From assembly GCA_963654805.1 (NCBI GenBank), contig CAVKBL010000009.1, positions 868 to 64,867 on the forward strand: DNA of 64,000 nt. The letters are read 5' to 3'. The translations under genes and the position numbers were made by a program. The DNA comes from Lachnospiraceae bacterium. GTDB lineage: Bacteria; Bacteroidota; Bacteroidia; Bacteroidales; UBA932. This document shows, in pieces, positions 48,245 through 58,624 of this stretch. Each line of letters starts with the position of its first letter. The stretch's first letter is position 1. Under the pieces are notes generated by a model. It was not told the DNA's origin, made no database searches, and worked only from the letters and a program-made list of their open reading frames with translations.

Positions 48245-50221
48245 CTAATAATCCTCGTCCGTGAGGTCGTTCTTCTTCGAACCGGTATACTTGGTTGCCG
48301 GCCCTCTCCATTCTATGGTAACAACATTTTTGGTTCCGGACAATGTGGTAGGTGCACCGGAGAAAGAGGTGCCGAATGCGCCCCAGTCCTTGAAGACAAG
48401 CTTGAACGTCCAGTCCTTATCCTCTTTCTTTACGGTAAGTTTCACATCATCAGGACATCTGTATATGCCATATTTTGAAGCATTCGTCACATCGCCATAG
48501 CTGGTTTGCGAGAAGTTGGAATTCTGGAAACTCAAACTCCATACAACATCCGACCCATTAAGCTGTTTCTCGTCAAGCGTATTGACACATGATTCAGCCA
48601 AAGAGAAAACAGGCGTAGCATATTCAGAATCTACACCGCTGGACTCCGTATTCTTATTGATGAAATAGAATGAATAAGCACTTACCGCCAGCTTGCTTCC
48701 ACCGGCGTCTCTGATATCACTTTTAGCCGGCTGATGACGAACTTGCATAGCGGTGACATCCCAGTCGAGAAGAGTCTCACCTGCCTCTGAAGTGATGGTA
48801 ATCTTAGGACTGAAAGGTTTTACCGGAGTAAGGTCAGGGATAGTTGTGTCGACTACATCCAGATAAGCGGTCATATAGATATTGATCTCTTCGCCTTCAG
48901 TGTCCGTGAATATAAGGTCGTAACGGATGTACACTTTATCATCTTTCCCGTTAGGCTCGCTCTTTACTACTATACGGCTGTAGTCATCGGCATCGTCAAC
49001 ACTCCATTCATAAGTGGTATAAGTCTCATAGTCATACAGATATGCCTTAAATCCTTCTGGGAAAGTAAAGTTATCCTCATCGATTTCGGTATCCACGGCA
49101 CTTTGAGGAACTTCGAGGAAAAGAGCATAATGCCCATCCTTAAGCTCGTCCGGTGTCTCGGCGTTGAAATTCGAACCGAATGCATAATAATACGAAGCGT
49201 TGCCATATTTCTCACGGAATACGCTGAACAGTTCTACAGAGCTGTCATCCGGCTGATAGAAAGAATTGTCGCTGTAATATGTATAGGTGATCGGGCCTTC
49301 ATACTTAACTCGCAGAGTCTGACCTGACTCATCCACACCGTTTCCGGAAAGAGTCAGTTTATTGCTTTCTGCCTTAAGGACAATCTGTCCTGAAGCAGCT
49401 TCGCCCCAGCCTTCCACTACTACCTCATATCCTTCTGCAAGAGAAGACAAGTCCAAAGTCTCATCATCCCCCGGAGTTACTATCGTGATCACCGGCTCGT
49501 AATCCTCACTATATTCTTTAATGCCTTCTTCCTGATAGAAAAGCCAATATTTCAATCCGTATTCTTCGAAGTCAAGACCTACAACGCTCTGAAGATACAC
49601 TGCTTTTTCCTCATCTTCGGCCAATATATACTGATTGTCAAGTTCCACGAGAGGAACGCAGGCATTGGCAGACCCGGTATAGCGGGCGAAGAAATACTGC
49701 TCGGCGTTATCGATATAATCAACATTTATGGTCAGGCCGTCATACACCTTATATGCCCATTCAGTCTTCGTGCCTACGGCATCTTCCCATGACACAGTTA
49801 TCTTCACCTTATGCTCGCTACCGGTAAGAGTGCTGTTCGTCACTTTAAGATCCTTATAAGAGAGCTCAAAAGTACCGGTAGTGTCCACCTCTGTCTGGTC
49901 GTCAGAAAGGAACGGCGTTTTAACATAGAGATAATCGTTTGTCGCGAGGACCTCTTCCAATGTGGTTATACCCTCTACAGGAGAAAGATAGAACTCCGCT
50001 ATCTCCGTCTCTGCATTTTCCGTACACACCACCGACTTAATGTCTATAAGTTCTGCGCTGTTGTACTGCAATTGATTGTTGATACCTTCCACAGGTTCCG
50101 GATCCGGAACCACAACCGGTTCATCCGGCGTGTTTTGAGTTTTGTTACAAGACACGAAAAGTCCTGCAACGGCTGCGGACACGAAAACCTTCCACAGCGT
50201 AGAAAATCTTACGCTTTTCAT
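48245..50221 (-). CDS. Hypothetical acidic surface lipoprotein
   Basis: Lipobox FVSC; D/E-rich, beta-rich. Confidence 0.78.
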   Translation of the reverse strand: MKSVRFSTLWKVFVSAAVAGLFVSCNKTQNTPDEPVVVPDPEPVEGINNQLQYNSAELIDIKSVVCTENAETEIAEFYLSPVEGITTLEEVLATNDYLYVKTPFLSDDQTEVDTTGTFELSYKDLKVTNSTLTGSEHKVKITVSWEDAVGTKTEWAYKVYDGLTINVDYIDNAEQYFFARYTGSANACVPLVELDNQYILAEDEEKAVYLQSVVGLDFEEYGLKYWLFYQEEGIKEYSEDYEPVITIVTPGDDETLDLSSLAEGYEVVVEGWGEAASGQIVLKAESNKLTLSGNGVDESGQTLRVKYEGPITYTYYSDNSFYQPDDSSVELFSVFREKYGNASYYYAFGSNFNAETPDELKDGHYALFLEVPQSAVDTEIDEDNFTFPEGFKAYLYDYETYTTYEWSVDDADDYSRIVVKSEPNGKDDKVYIRYDLIFTDTEGEEINIYMTAYLDVVDTTIPDLTPVKPFSPKITITSEAGETLLDWDVTAMQVRHQPAKSDIRDAGGSKLAVSAYSFYFINKNTESSGVDSEYATPVFSLAESCVNTLDEKQLNGSDVVWSLSFQNSNFSQTSYGDVTNASKYGIYRCPDDVKLTVKKEDKDWTFKLVFKDWGAFGTSFSGAPTTLSGTKNVVTIEWRGPATKYTGSKKNDLTDEDY

Positions 50222-50247
50222 AACGATTTTTATAATTTTTGGTTAAA

Positions 50248-52206
50248 CTAATTAATCTCAACAGGACCTGTCCAGACGCCAGTTATCTTGTGTCCACGAA
50301 CATCATAGGTCTCGATATTTATAGAATATTCTCCATTTTCGGCTTCCGATATGGTAATGGTGCCATTATAAAAAGCGGCATGCGCATCCATATAATAATA
50401 CCATCGGCCGGACTCTCCCTGCCCGCCATAGTAATGTTTGAAGGTCGTTCCATTAAGTTCTCCGCCTTCATAGAAAGAGCCCTTCACGGCCCAGCCAGGT
50501 ATAAAGTAGGCAGGATGACGCTCCGGAGTGATTTCATATTTACCCACGTTCACCTGATTTTCCTGTCCCGGCTGCGTGAGGAGCTCCAGACGAACGGAAT
50601 CACCCTCAGGTCCGTTACCGTTGAATCCGCCTATGTCGATAAACTGATGGCCGCATCCATAATCGGATACAGGCTTGAATGTGCCATAGCCGATTACGAA
50701 TATCTGGTCGTCAGAGTGCAGGGAAGCGGATTTGACTCCGCTGAGGTCAAGCACATAATCTTTTTCAAGCGTAGAAGTACCGTCATCGTGTGTATCATCG
50801 TCAGACTGATCCTCAACCGGAATCGTACCGGTATATTCTCCCTTTATGCTATATCCATAACCGGAGACAAGGTCCCATTCCACGTGAAGGCCTTCGTTGA
50901 CCTCGCTTATAGTCACGCTTCCGCTCACGGCATATGAGAATTGGCCGTTACGGGAGCCGTCATTATATACGCCGTAAGTACCAAGAGGGAACACGCTACC
51001 GCTATAATTCACCTCACGAGTAGGCATCCACGACATATATGTAAAGTCGGTTTTCATCGTATACTCGCCAGGCATGACCCTTATGTTGCGGGAATTGGTG
51101 AACAAATCGGCAAAAACTACAAGCAGCACGCCCTGTCCCCCTATATTGTCATCGACATAATCCTGATCATAAATGGAAATCTGCATCATGCCGGCAGCTC
51201 CTTGAAGCAGATTGCCCATATATATGCCGGTCGCTTTAGCTCCTGTGAATGTAATGTCTCCTTCCACCTGCGGCAAAGAATACGATGGGCGGGTCAAATC
51301 CAGAGGGGAAGGAAGAGTACCAGTATAACTAAGCGTATCTATCTTATAATCTGCGTTTTGAAATGGCACTTTCAAGCTATACGCCCCGTCTTTTTCTACC
51401 AATTCTATCTTATCGTCTGCCACCTGATACACTGAACGGGACAGTTTTTTATCATAATACTCGATCAGTGTATTGCTTGTCTTCCACGTATGGTCCGATA
51501 GTATGGTCGAACGCGTATATACTCCGTCCGGGAGATGCTTCTTATTCTGAGCATCCACTTCGGCATAGAAATCTATGCAGACAAGGTATCCTTCTTCCGT
51601 CAAAGCGGCCTGCGCTGCAGAATCTCCAGTATAGGAAGCATTGGCAAGCACAAGATAGAACTCGTGAACCGAAGGGTCAGCGGTAGGGCCGGCATAATAG
51701 AAGAACGGAACCCTATCCAAAGAATAGGTCTCTCCCTTGGCTTCCTTTTCTTCTGGCCACTTGCTGCAGAATCCGCGATAGTCCGCTTTCAGCCCCTTCC
51801 CTTCTTTAGGCGAAATGACAGTCTTGAATTCCACGACATTGTCCGACTCGAGATTCACATAAAGTTCAGTGCTGGAGAAATTATCTATAGTTGATGAATT
51901 GACAAGCGTAGTGCCGTAACTGAGGCTCGTGGTCTTCGAAGTAAAAACATAATCCGAAGACGGCTTACCCTCGGAAGTGAGCTGCACACAGATGAAATCA
52001 TCAGAGAGCAACATCCCCTGCCTGTCGGTCAGGCCTTCAGTGGGAGAAAACCAAAAAGTATATTTATCCCCCTCGACATTCCACACGGCAGAGCGAATCT
52101 GCAAATTCTCATAGTCCGCCTCTTCTGTTTTTTCCGTTTTATCACACGATCCGACAAGACACAAAGCAGCCGACAACAAAGCCGGCAACAGCACTGATTT
52201 TTTCAT
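50248..52206 (-). CDS. Hypothetical surface lipoprotein
   Basis: Lipobox VGSC; repeated P(D/G)GxY modules; promoter TACCTTTG at 52292-52299 on the minus strand. Confidence 0.78.
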   Translation of the reverse strand: MKKSVLLPALLSAALCLVGSCDKTEKTEEADYENLQIRSAVWNVEGDKYTFWFSPTEGLTDRQGMLLSDDFICVQLTSEGKPSSDYVFTSKTTSLSYGTTLVNSSTIDNFSSTELYVNLESDNVVEFKTVISPKEGKGLKADYRGFCSKWPEEKEAKGETYSLDRVPFFYYAGPTADPSVHEFYLVLANASYTGDSAAQAALTEEGYLVCIDFYAEVDAQNKKHLPDGVYTRSTILSDHTWKTSNTLIEYYDKKLSRSVYQVADDKIELVEKDGAYSLKVPFQNADYKIDTLSYTGTLPSPLDLTRPSYSLPQVEGDITFTGAKATGIYMGNLLQGAAGMMQISIYDQDYVDDNIGGQGVLLVVFADLFTNSRNIRVMPGEYTMKTDFTYMSWMPTREVNYSGSVFPLGTYGVYNDGSRNGQFSYAVSGSVTISEVNEGLHVEWDLVSGYGYSIKGEYTGTIPVEDQSDDDTHDDGTSTLEKDYVLDLSGVKSASLHSDDQIFVIGYGTFKPVSDYGCGHQFIDIGGFNGNGPEGDSVRLELLTQPGQENQVNVGKYEITPERHPAYFIPGWAVKGSFYEGGELNGTTFKHYYGGQGESGRWYYYMDAHAAFYNGTITISEAENGEYSINIETYDVRGHKITGVWTGPVEIN

Positions 52207-52432
52207 CGTTTTTTTTACACTACTATTTTTTCACAGTCACGAAGTTCAGTAAAATTAGGTTTTCTAATCTGACTAAGTTCTTCAACGAAAACAAAGGTAT
52301 GAATAAATTTTATTTAACTTACACTTTTTAAGATACTTTTTATAAAAATTTTATAATTAACTTTCAATTAGCCCACTGCCCTTCAAAAAATCATAAGCGC
52401 AATTTCGCCAACAATTCGCTTTCAACATACCA

Positions 52433-52495
52433 TCAGTTGCACGAAAACAAAACGAGAACCGCTCGGTCAGTTCCAAAGCGGTTCTCGAAGATTTT
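52433..52495. repeat. 63-bp repeat copy 2; terminator of the 52504-53958 gene
   Basis: 11-bp perfect stem followed by TTTTGTTTT on the minus strand, just past the stop codon; 60/63 identical to 35174-35236. Confidence 0.88.
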
Positions 52496-52503
52496 AGCTG
52501 ACT

Positions 52504-53958
52504 CTATTCAGCGACACAACGGACATTCATTCCCTGTGAACGGACGTCCTTATTGACCTTGAAGGTTCTCTTGCTATTTATGATAAACATATACTGGCCG
52601 TAAAGCGAAGGATATGTATCCAGATCCGAACTTGCCTTACCGGCAGTTCCTATCCACATTCCCGAATATGGATTAGCCTGCGGATAATTAAGTCCGCCTG
52701 ACGCATAGACACGTGTACCTATGGTAGGGAACCACTGTCCGTTCATGGTCGCGCCGTAATTCTCCGTATCCCATACCATTTCCTTATAGACCATCCAAGC
52801 ATAAGGAGTATTACCGTCGGCATCGCATACAGGGACCTTATATCCTACCGGACACGGATCATATACGCTCTTTTTCTGGGATACTCCGCCCCATGCATCA
52901 TCATCTGAAACATCTGACCAGTCAGAAGAACGCGGAACATTTTCATAAATATCCTCGTCATACTCATCCTTCTTTCCGGTGTTTACTGAAACCACCTTAT
53001 AGAACACGTCCGGATTAGCTATGCCAAGCGCGATGGTTCCATTGGCTGAAGCCTTGCTGCTGATCTTGGGAAGTTCGTTGCCCTCAATATCATAAAGCAC
53101 AGGCTCACCGTCCGCTTCATAAGAATAGTCGTCATTCTGCACGGTAAAAGACACTGCTGACGGAAACGGATCCTTACGGCCCCACTGATAGATAAGGCCG
53201 GCATTCTTGTCGAAAGTACCTTTCTCGGTAGATATGGCACCCAGATTCCTGTCCATAAAGGACCACGAAGTACCTGACGCATTAGCCTCGGTCTTGTAAA
53301 GTGACTCCTCCGGGGCATAATCCACTACCCACAAATGCCAGCTCCAAAGAATCTCCCCGGCATCTGTTACGGCAACCACTGCATTACCGGAATTCTCCCC
53401 ACACTCTACAAGTACTGCATTGTCTGTGGCTTTCAACGAGAGGCTCTTTATCAAACCCTTCTCGGACTGCCATACCAGTTTTACTCCGTTCACATCACCT
53501 ACGCTCTCGGTGGAATTTCCCTTGACATTGCACGTAAAATATGCCTTAGAGCCAGGAGCGACAATATAGCTGTTAGCCGTACCCTCCGCGCTCAGATTAA
53601 CCGCTTCAGAAAGAGGATCATACGAAGTCTGGGTCACTTTAAACTGCGCGGTGGCGTTTTTACAGGAGAACGTAACCACTGCAGTGCGCGCCTCTTCTAC
53701 AGTATTTTTCGCAACAGTAAGAACTACATTCACATTCTCCCCAGCCTCGCCGCTTTCAGGAGATACCGTAAGCCAATCAACTCCCTGTTCCACAACTGCG
53801 GACCAGGTTCCGTTCGATGTGAGTGCAACCGGGACTTCATGAGCCCTGAAATCCACAGAGACTTCTCTTGCAACAAGAGAAATAGTGCCTTCAGCTTCTT
53901 TTTGACAAGATGCAAAAGCCAAAACGGCAGCTGCCGCTGCCCATAAATAATTTTTCAT
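52504..53958 (-). CDS. BACON-domain lipoprotein with fimbrial-tip/Mfa-like C-terminal domain
   Basis: Lipobox FASC; BACON DWLTVSPESG; TANSYIV, ILWSWHLW, FMDRNLGA, YQWGRKDPF, DPCPVGYKVP, VRCVAE. Confidence 0.8.
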   Translation of the reverse strand: MKNYLWAAAAAVLAFASCQKEAEGTISLVAREVSVDFRAHEVPVALTSNGTWSAVVEQGVDWLTVSPESGEAGENVNVVLTVAKNTVEEARTAVVTFSCKNATAQFKVTQTSYDPLSEAVNLSAEGTANSYIVAPGSKAYFTCNVKGNSTESVGDVNGVKLVWQSEKGLIKSLSLKATDNAVLVECGENSGNAVVAVTDAGEILWSWHLWVVDYAPEESLYKTEANASGTSWSFMDRNLGAISTEKGTFDKNAGLIYQWGRKDPFPSAVSFTVQNDDYSYEADGEPVLYDIEGNELPKISSKASANGTIALGIANPDVFYKVVSVNTGKKDEYDEDIYENVPRSSDWSDVSDDDAWGGVSQKKSVYDPCPVGYKVPVCDADGNTPYAWMVYKEMVWDTENYGATMNGQWFPTIGTRVYASGGLNYPQANPYSGMWIGTAGKASSDLDTYPSLYGQYMFIINSKRTFKVNKDVRSQGMNVRCVAE

Positions 53959-54056
53959 ACACTACTATAAATTAAAAAAGAAATAGTCTCTAAGCGAAGT
54001 AAAGTTAAGAAAAATATTAATAAATCCGAAGGTTTTCTTACCTTTATGCCTTGTCT

Positions 54057-54902
54057 ATGTTTTCTCAGAAACTCAGCACCATAGTCTCCTGCACTGCACT
54101 GGAAGAAAAGATAAGTCTTAGGGACGATATCACTCTTCTGGGCAGTTGTTTTGTGGACAACATGGCAGGAAAACTTCTGGAAGCGGGCTTCATGGTCCAT
54201 GCCAATCCTTTCGGCACTCTCTATAATCCGGCATCCATAGCCGAGGCCGTACAGATTCTCGATTCCGATGAGTTTTTCAGCGAAAAAGACTGCGTGCAGA
54301 TGGGCTCCGGAGCAGAAAAATTCTGCTCATTCCACCACCATACCAGCTTTGCCCGCCCCACGGAAGAAGAGTTTCTTCAGAATGCCAATAAGGCTCTTGC
54401 CCTGGCGCGTGAGAATTGGCATAAAAGCAGATGGGTGATAATCACGCTGGGAACGGCTTGTATGTGGACCCGTGACGGGAAAGTGGTAAGCAATTGTCTT
54501 AAAAGACCGGCCAAGGAGTTCGAGCACTTCATGCTTTCAGTTGAAAATGTAAAGGAATACTTGACAAAGATAGTTTCCTTCCACAGCGATAAAAAATTCA
54601 TCTTCACGGTGAGCCCCATAAGGCATATGGGAGAAGGCGCGCACGCCAATACACTGAGCAAGAGTACGCTACACTTAGGGCTGAGCGGAATTGACACCCA
54701 TTATTTCCCCGCATACGAGATCCTTCAGGATGAACTTCGTGACTACCGCTTCTATGCCGACGACCTGGTTCACCCAAGCACATTGGCAGTGAACATCATA
54801 TGGGAGGAATTCAAAGCATATGCGTGCAGAGAGGACGAGATGACACAGATCGAGACAAACGAAAAATCAAGCAGAGCAGCAAAACATGTCAGAAGAACTT
54901 AA
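54057..54902 (+). CDS. GSCFA-family (SGNH-like) protein
   Basis: LGSCFVD, NPFGTLYNP, TVSPIRH, YFPAYEI..DELRDYRFYADDLVHP. Confidence 0.88.
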   Translation: MFSQKLSTIVSCTALEEKISLRDDITLLGSCFVDNMAGKLLEAGFMVHANPFGTLYNPASIAEAVQILDSDEFFSEKDCVQMGSGAEKFCSFHHHTSFARPTEEEFLQNANKALALARENWHKSRWVIITLGTACMWTRDGKVVSNCLKRPAKEFEHFMLSVENVKEYLTKIVSFHSDKKFIFTVSPIRHMGEGAHANTLSKSTLHLGLSGIDTHYFPAYEILQDELRDYRFYADDLVHPSTLAVNIIWEEFKAYACREDEMTQIETNEKSSRAAKHVRRT

Positions 54903-57132
54903 CTTGGTTCGCGACCTGGCGGTAATCCTTATCTCCGCCGGGATCTTCACCATCATATCAAGGGCTCTCAAACAGCCACTCATATTAGGATACATAGTAG
55001 CGGGATTCCTTATTGGCCCGAGCATAGGCTTTTTCCCGGGAATAACCAGCATGGAGAGTGTGCACCAATGGTCCGAGATCGGTATCATCTTCATGATGTT
55101 CGGTCTGGGATTGGAATTCAGCTTCAAAAAACTCATGAAAAGCGGCAGCTCCTCCATCATAACTTCCGCATGCAAGCTCCTGGGTATGTTCCTTATAGGC
55201 TATGTGATAGGCCAGGCCCTGGGTTGGACCACGATGGAGAGCATCTTTCTGGGTGGCATGCTTCCTATGTCCTCCACCATGGTCGTGGCCAAGTCCTATG
55301 AAGAAATGGGGCTGAAAAACAAGCCGTACGCAGGGATTGTGTTCGGAACACTTATAATTGAGGATATCGTGGGCATCATCCTTATGGTCCTTTTCTCCAC
55401 CATGGCCGTCTCGGCCAAATTCTCCGGAGGGGAACTCATAGGAGCGCTCAGCAAATTGGCATTCTGTCTGATACTGTGGTTCCTGGTAGGCATCTACATC
55501 ATCCCGACCTTGCTTAAAAAGGCCAAGCGCTTCCTCAATGACGAGATACTTCTGATAGTCAGCATAGGCCTGTGTTTCGGGATGGTGGCATTGGCCGAAA
55601 GCATGGGCTTCTCTTCGGCTCTGGGAGCGTTCATCATGGGTTCCATCCTGGCCGAAACCATAGAGAGTGAACATATAGAAAAGCTTGTATGCCCTATTAA
55701 GGACCTGTTCGGAGCCATCTTCTTCGTATCGGTAGGAATGATGGTATCTCCGGACGTAATCGCCCATAACTGGGGCGTGATTCTTCTTCTGGTAGTCGTG
55801 CTGCTGGTATTCGACAGCATATTCGTCACGGCGGGCGTGCTTCTGGCAGGACGCGGACTTAACAACGCCATACACACGGGCCTGAGCCTTGCCCAGATGG
55901 GTGAATTCGGATTCATCATAGCGAGCGTAGGTGTAGGTCTGGGCGTAGTGAGCGACTTCATCTACCCGGTCATAATAGCGGTGTTCGTGATAAGCAATCT
56001 TATAGCTCCGTTTGTCATAAAATCCGCCACCCCTCTCTATAATATTTTGGAGAAGAAACTTCCGGAAAGCGTCCTTGCCAAAGTAGAAGAAGACCAAAGC
56101 CAGAATCCGGTGAGCACTAACGCGGAAACGGGCGAATGGAAAACGCTTCTCAAGGCATATTTCACACGCATAATCATATATGGCGTAGTGATCATCGCCA
56201 TCAATATGCTCTCGCGACACCTATTGGAGCCGTTTGTCAACAATTTCCTGTCTTCGTGGAGCGAACTCCTGCGTTCTCTGATAGTTACAGTCATAACGCT
56301 TCTTGCCATGGGACCTTTCCTGTACGGCATGGGAATAAGTTCCGGTTCCATCAACACCTCAGCGCGCAAGCTTCTAAAGGCCAAGCCGTCCAACAAATGG
56401 CCTGTCATTACGCTCACACTTCTCAGGACATTTCTGGTCGTAGGCATCATCATATCCGTGATAGCCAGCCATTTCGACCTGGCCGGATGGACCGCGATTC
56501 TTCTGCTTCTGGGCGGCGCTGTGTTTATCCTGATAGGAAGAAACTACCTCAAACAGAGCAACAATATAGAGAAGAACTTCTTCAACAACTTCAACGGGAA
56601 GGAAATCCAGGAGCGCAAAAACGCCGCCGTACAGACCTCGGTACAGAACACATTGGCAGGATACGACGTACATCTCGAACAGTTCGAAGTGCCGGCCGAT
56701 TCATCTCTTGTAGGTCAGAAGCTTAAAGATATACCTATACGTCAAAGCAGCGGAGCCAACATCATAGAGATTCATCGCGGCAAGCGCAGCATAATCATTC
56801 CGAAATCCGACGAGACCATTTATCCTTACGACAAGCTGCTGGCCGTAGGAAGCAGCCAGCAGATACACCTGTTGAAGGACATGTTTACCCAGACGCCTGC
56901 CGCCGAGAGCCATATGGACGAATTCAAAGTGACCTGCATAACGGTGGACAAAGACTCTCAGCTCTACGGCAAGACTCTTCGCGGAGCCTCTCTCAGAGAC
57001 TATAAATGTATGGTGATAAGCGTACTGAGAGGCGAAGACTTCATAACAAACCCTAAGGCGGACTTCCATTTCGAACCGGGTGACAAAGTATGGCTTGCGG
57101 GAGAGAAGAGCGCCTGCGAATGGATTAAATAG
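54886..57132 (+). CDS. CPA2 cation:proton antiporter with C-terminal TrkA-C domains
   Basis: LKQPLILGYIVAG, GLEFS, ALGAFIMG, IKDLFGAIFFVSVG, two RCK-C-like domains. Confidence 0.9.
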   Translation: MSEELNLVRDLAVILISAGIFTIISRALKQPLILGYIVAGFLIGPSIGFFPGITSMESVHQWSEIGIIFMMFGLGLEFSFKKLMKSGSSSIITSACKLLGMFLIGYVIGQALGWTTMESIFLGGMLPMSSTMVVAKSYEEMGLKNKPYAGIVFGTLIIEDIVGIILMVLFSTMAVSAKFSGGELIGALSKLAFCLILWFLVGIYIIPTLLKKAKRFLNDEILLIVSIGLCFGMVALAESMGFSSALGAFIMGSILAETIESEHIEKLVCPIKDLFGAIFFVSVGMMVSPDVIAHNWGVILLLVVVLLVFDSIFVTAGVLLAGRGLNNAIHTGLSLAQMGEFGFIIASVGVGLGVVSDFIYPVIIAVFVISNLIAPFVIKSATPLYNILEKKLPESVLAKVEEDQSQNPVSTNAETGEWKTLLKAYFTRIIIYGVVIIAINMLSRHLLEPFVNNFLSSWSELLRSLIVTVITLLAMGPFLYGMGISSGSINTSARKLLKAKPSNKWPVITLTLLRTFLVVGIIISVIASHFDLAGWTAILLLLGGAVFILIGRNYLKQSNNIEKNFFNNFNGKEIQERKNAAVQTSVQNTLAGYDVHLEQFEVPADSSLVGQKLKDIPIRQSSGANIIEIHRGKRSIIIPKSDETIYPYDKLLAVGSSQQIHLLKDMFTQTPAAESHMDEFKVTCITVDKDSQLYGKTLRGASLRDYKCMVISVLRGEDFITNPKADFHFEPGDKVWLAGEKSACEWIK

Positions 57133-57140
57133 TCGACGCC

Positions 57141-57992
57141 ATGTGGTTATACCTCGCACTTGCCTCCGCCCTGCTGCTTGGCCTTTATGATATAGCCAAG
57201 AAAAAGTCCTCCCAAAACAATGGGGTGCTTCAGATTCTTCTGGTAGCCACCGCTCTATCGACACTTTTTCTTTCGCCCTGGCTTTTCAAATACCATATTG
57301 ATGCGCATGGGCACCTGCTCCTGCTGCTCAAGGCTGCGATAGTCACATCTTCGTGGATAAGCGGCATGGTTGCACTCAAATACCTTCCCATCACCACGGT
57401 CAGCACACTTAAGGCCACCAGACCCTTTCTGGTAGTGCTCTTTTCCATACTTCTTTTCGGCGAGCGCCTTAATCTATGCCAATGGGGCGGTGTACTCGCA
57501 GCTTTCGCAGCGCTTATGCTCCTGAGCCGCTCGAGCCGGATGGAGGGAGTCACATTCAAAAGCAACAAGGGGTTGCTGGCCATGACGATATCCATCATCA
57601 CCGGAGTAGTATCAGCTCTTTATGACAAACATATAATCACCGGATTCGAGCCTTTGAGTGTGCAGAGCTGGGCCAATTTCTATATTACCATTCTGCTGGC
57701 CCTCTGCGTGCTCGTATATGGCAAGGTTTCGGGATGCAGGCAAAAATTCCGCTGGGACTGGACGCTGCTTCTCATCGCCGTGCTTATAACAGGAGCTGAC
57801 GCTCTTTACTTTTTTGCCATCAAACAGGATGGAGCTCTGCTGAGTGTCGTATCGATTCTACGAAGATGTTCAGTTCTGGTAACATTTGCAGTGGGAGCCA
57901 TCTTCTTTAAGGAGAAGAACATGGGACGCAAGAGCCTTAACATTCTGGTTCTGATGCTCGGAATGGCCCTTCTTATCATCGGTTCAAAATGA
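57141..57992 (+). CDS. DMT/EamA family transporter
   Basis: About 10 TM segments in two repeats; LLFGER, IFFKEK. Confidence 0.85.
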   Translation: MWLYLALASALLLGLYDIAKKKSSQNNGVLQILLVATALSTLFLSPWLFKYHIDAHGHLLLLLKAAIVTSSWISGMVALKYLPITTVSTLKATRPFLVVLFSILLFGERLNLCQWGGVLAAFAALMLLSRSSRMEGVTFKSNKGLLAMTISIITGVVSALYDKHIITGFEPLSVQSWANFYITILLALCVLVYGKVSGCRQKFRWDWTLLLIAVLITGADALYFFAIKQDGALLSVVSILRRCSVLVTFAVGAIFFKEKNMGRKSLNILVLMLGMALLIIGSK

Positions 57993-58624
57993 CGGAATTC
58001 ATACTGCTATCCACCACAAAAGTGGGCGACAACTCACTGGTTCTGCATACTTTAAGTAAAGAGTACGGCAGACACAGTTTCATAGTCAAGGTCGGGAAAA
58101 ACACAGGAGCTTTTCTTCCGCTTAACATCCTGAGTGCCGAGGTAAAGGAAAGCACCAGGACCGATTTGTGGAAAGCCACCGATGTAGCCATAGAATATCC
58201 GCTGAGCGATACCAGAGGCAACATCCACAAGAACACCATTACACTTTTCCTGAGCGAAGTGCTTTACAGAAGCCTTCGGGACGGATGTAACGAAGAGGAG
58301 CTTTACCCTTGGTGCAAAAAAATGATTCTCACGCTCAACTCCCTTGAACGCGACTATGCCTCGTTTCATCTAAGATTTCTTCTGGAATATGCCGCCGTTC
58401 TGGGATTCAGAGCCGACAGGCTTGGAATTGAGCCTTTTGCCGGAGAGAGACTCGAAGATCTGGAAAAACTTCTGACGCTCGATTTCAGCGAATTCCTGCT
58501 GTATCCTCTCGACGGAGCGCGCCGAAATGAAATAGCCGGCATCCTTCTGGAATACTTGGCCTACCACCTCGACTGCCGCCTGGAGGTCCAATCTCTTAGA
58601 GTTCTGCGAGAACTCTACGCATAG
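57989..58624 (+). CDS. recO: DNA repair protein RecO
   Basis: GDNSLVLHTLSKEYGR, LFLSEVL, YLAYHL..SLRVLRELY. Confidence 0.85.
   Translation: MTEFILLSTTKVGDNSLVLHTLSKEYGRHSFIVKVGKNTGAFLPLNILSAEVKESTRTDLWKATDVAIEYPLSDTRGNIHKNTITLFLSEVLYRSLRDGCNEEELYPWCKKMILTLNSLERDYASFHLRFLLEYAAVLGFRADRLGIEPFAGERLEDLEKLLTLDFSEFLLYPLDGARRNEIAGILLEYLAYHLDCRLEVQSLRVLRELYA

Noticed and set aside
52504..53958. Possible diversity-generating retroelement target (fimbrial-tip-like C-terminus)
   Set aside because: No reverse transcriptase and no template repeat with adenine-specific mismatches seen in the window
54985..56220. 411-aa antisense ORF, and similar shadow ORFs such as 10621-11439, 17366-18244, 19138-20022 and 21070-21873
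   Set aside because: They lie wholly opposite well-supported genes, have no recognisable motifs, and are expected from codon bias
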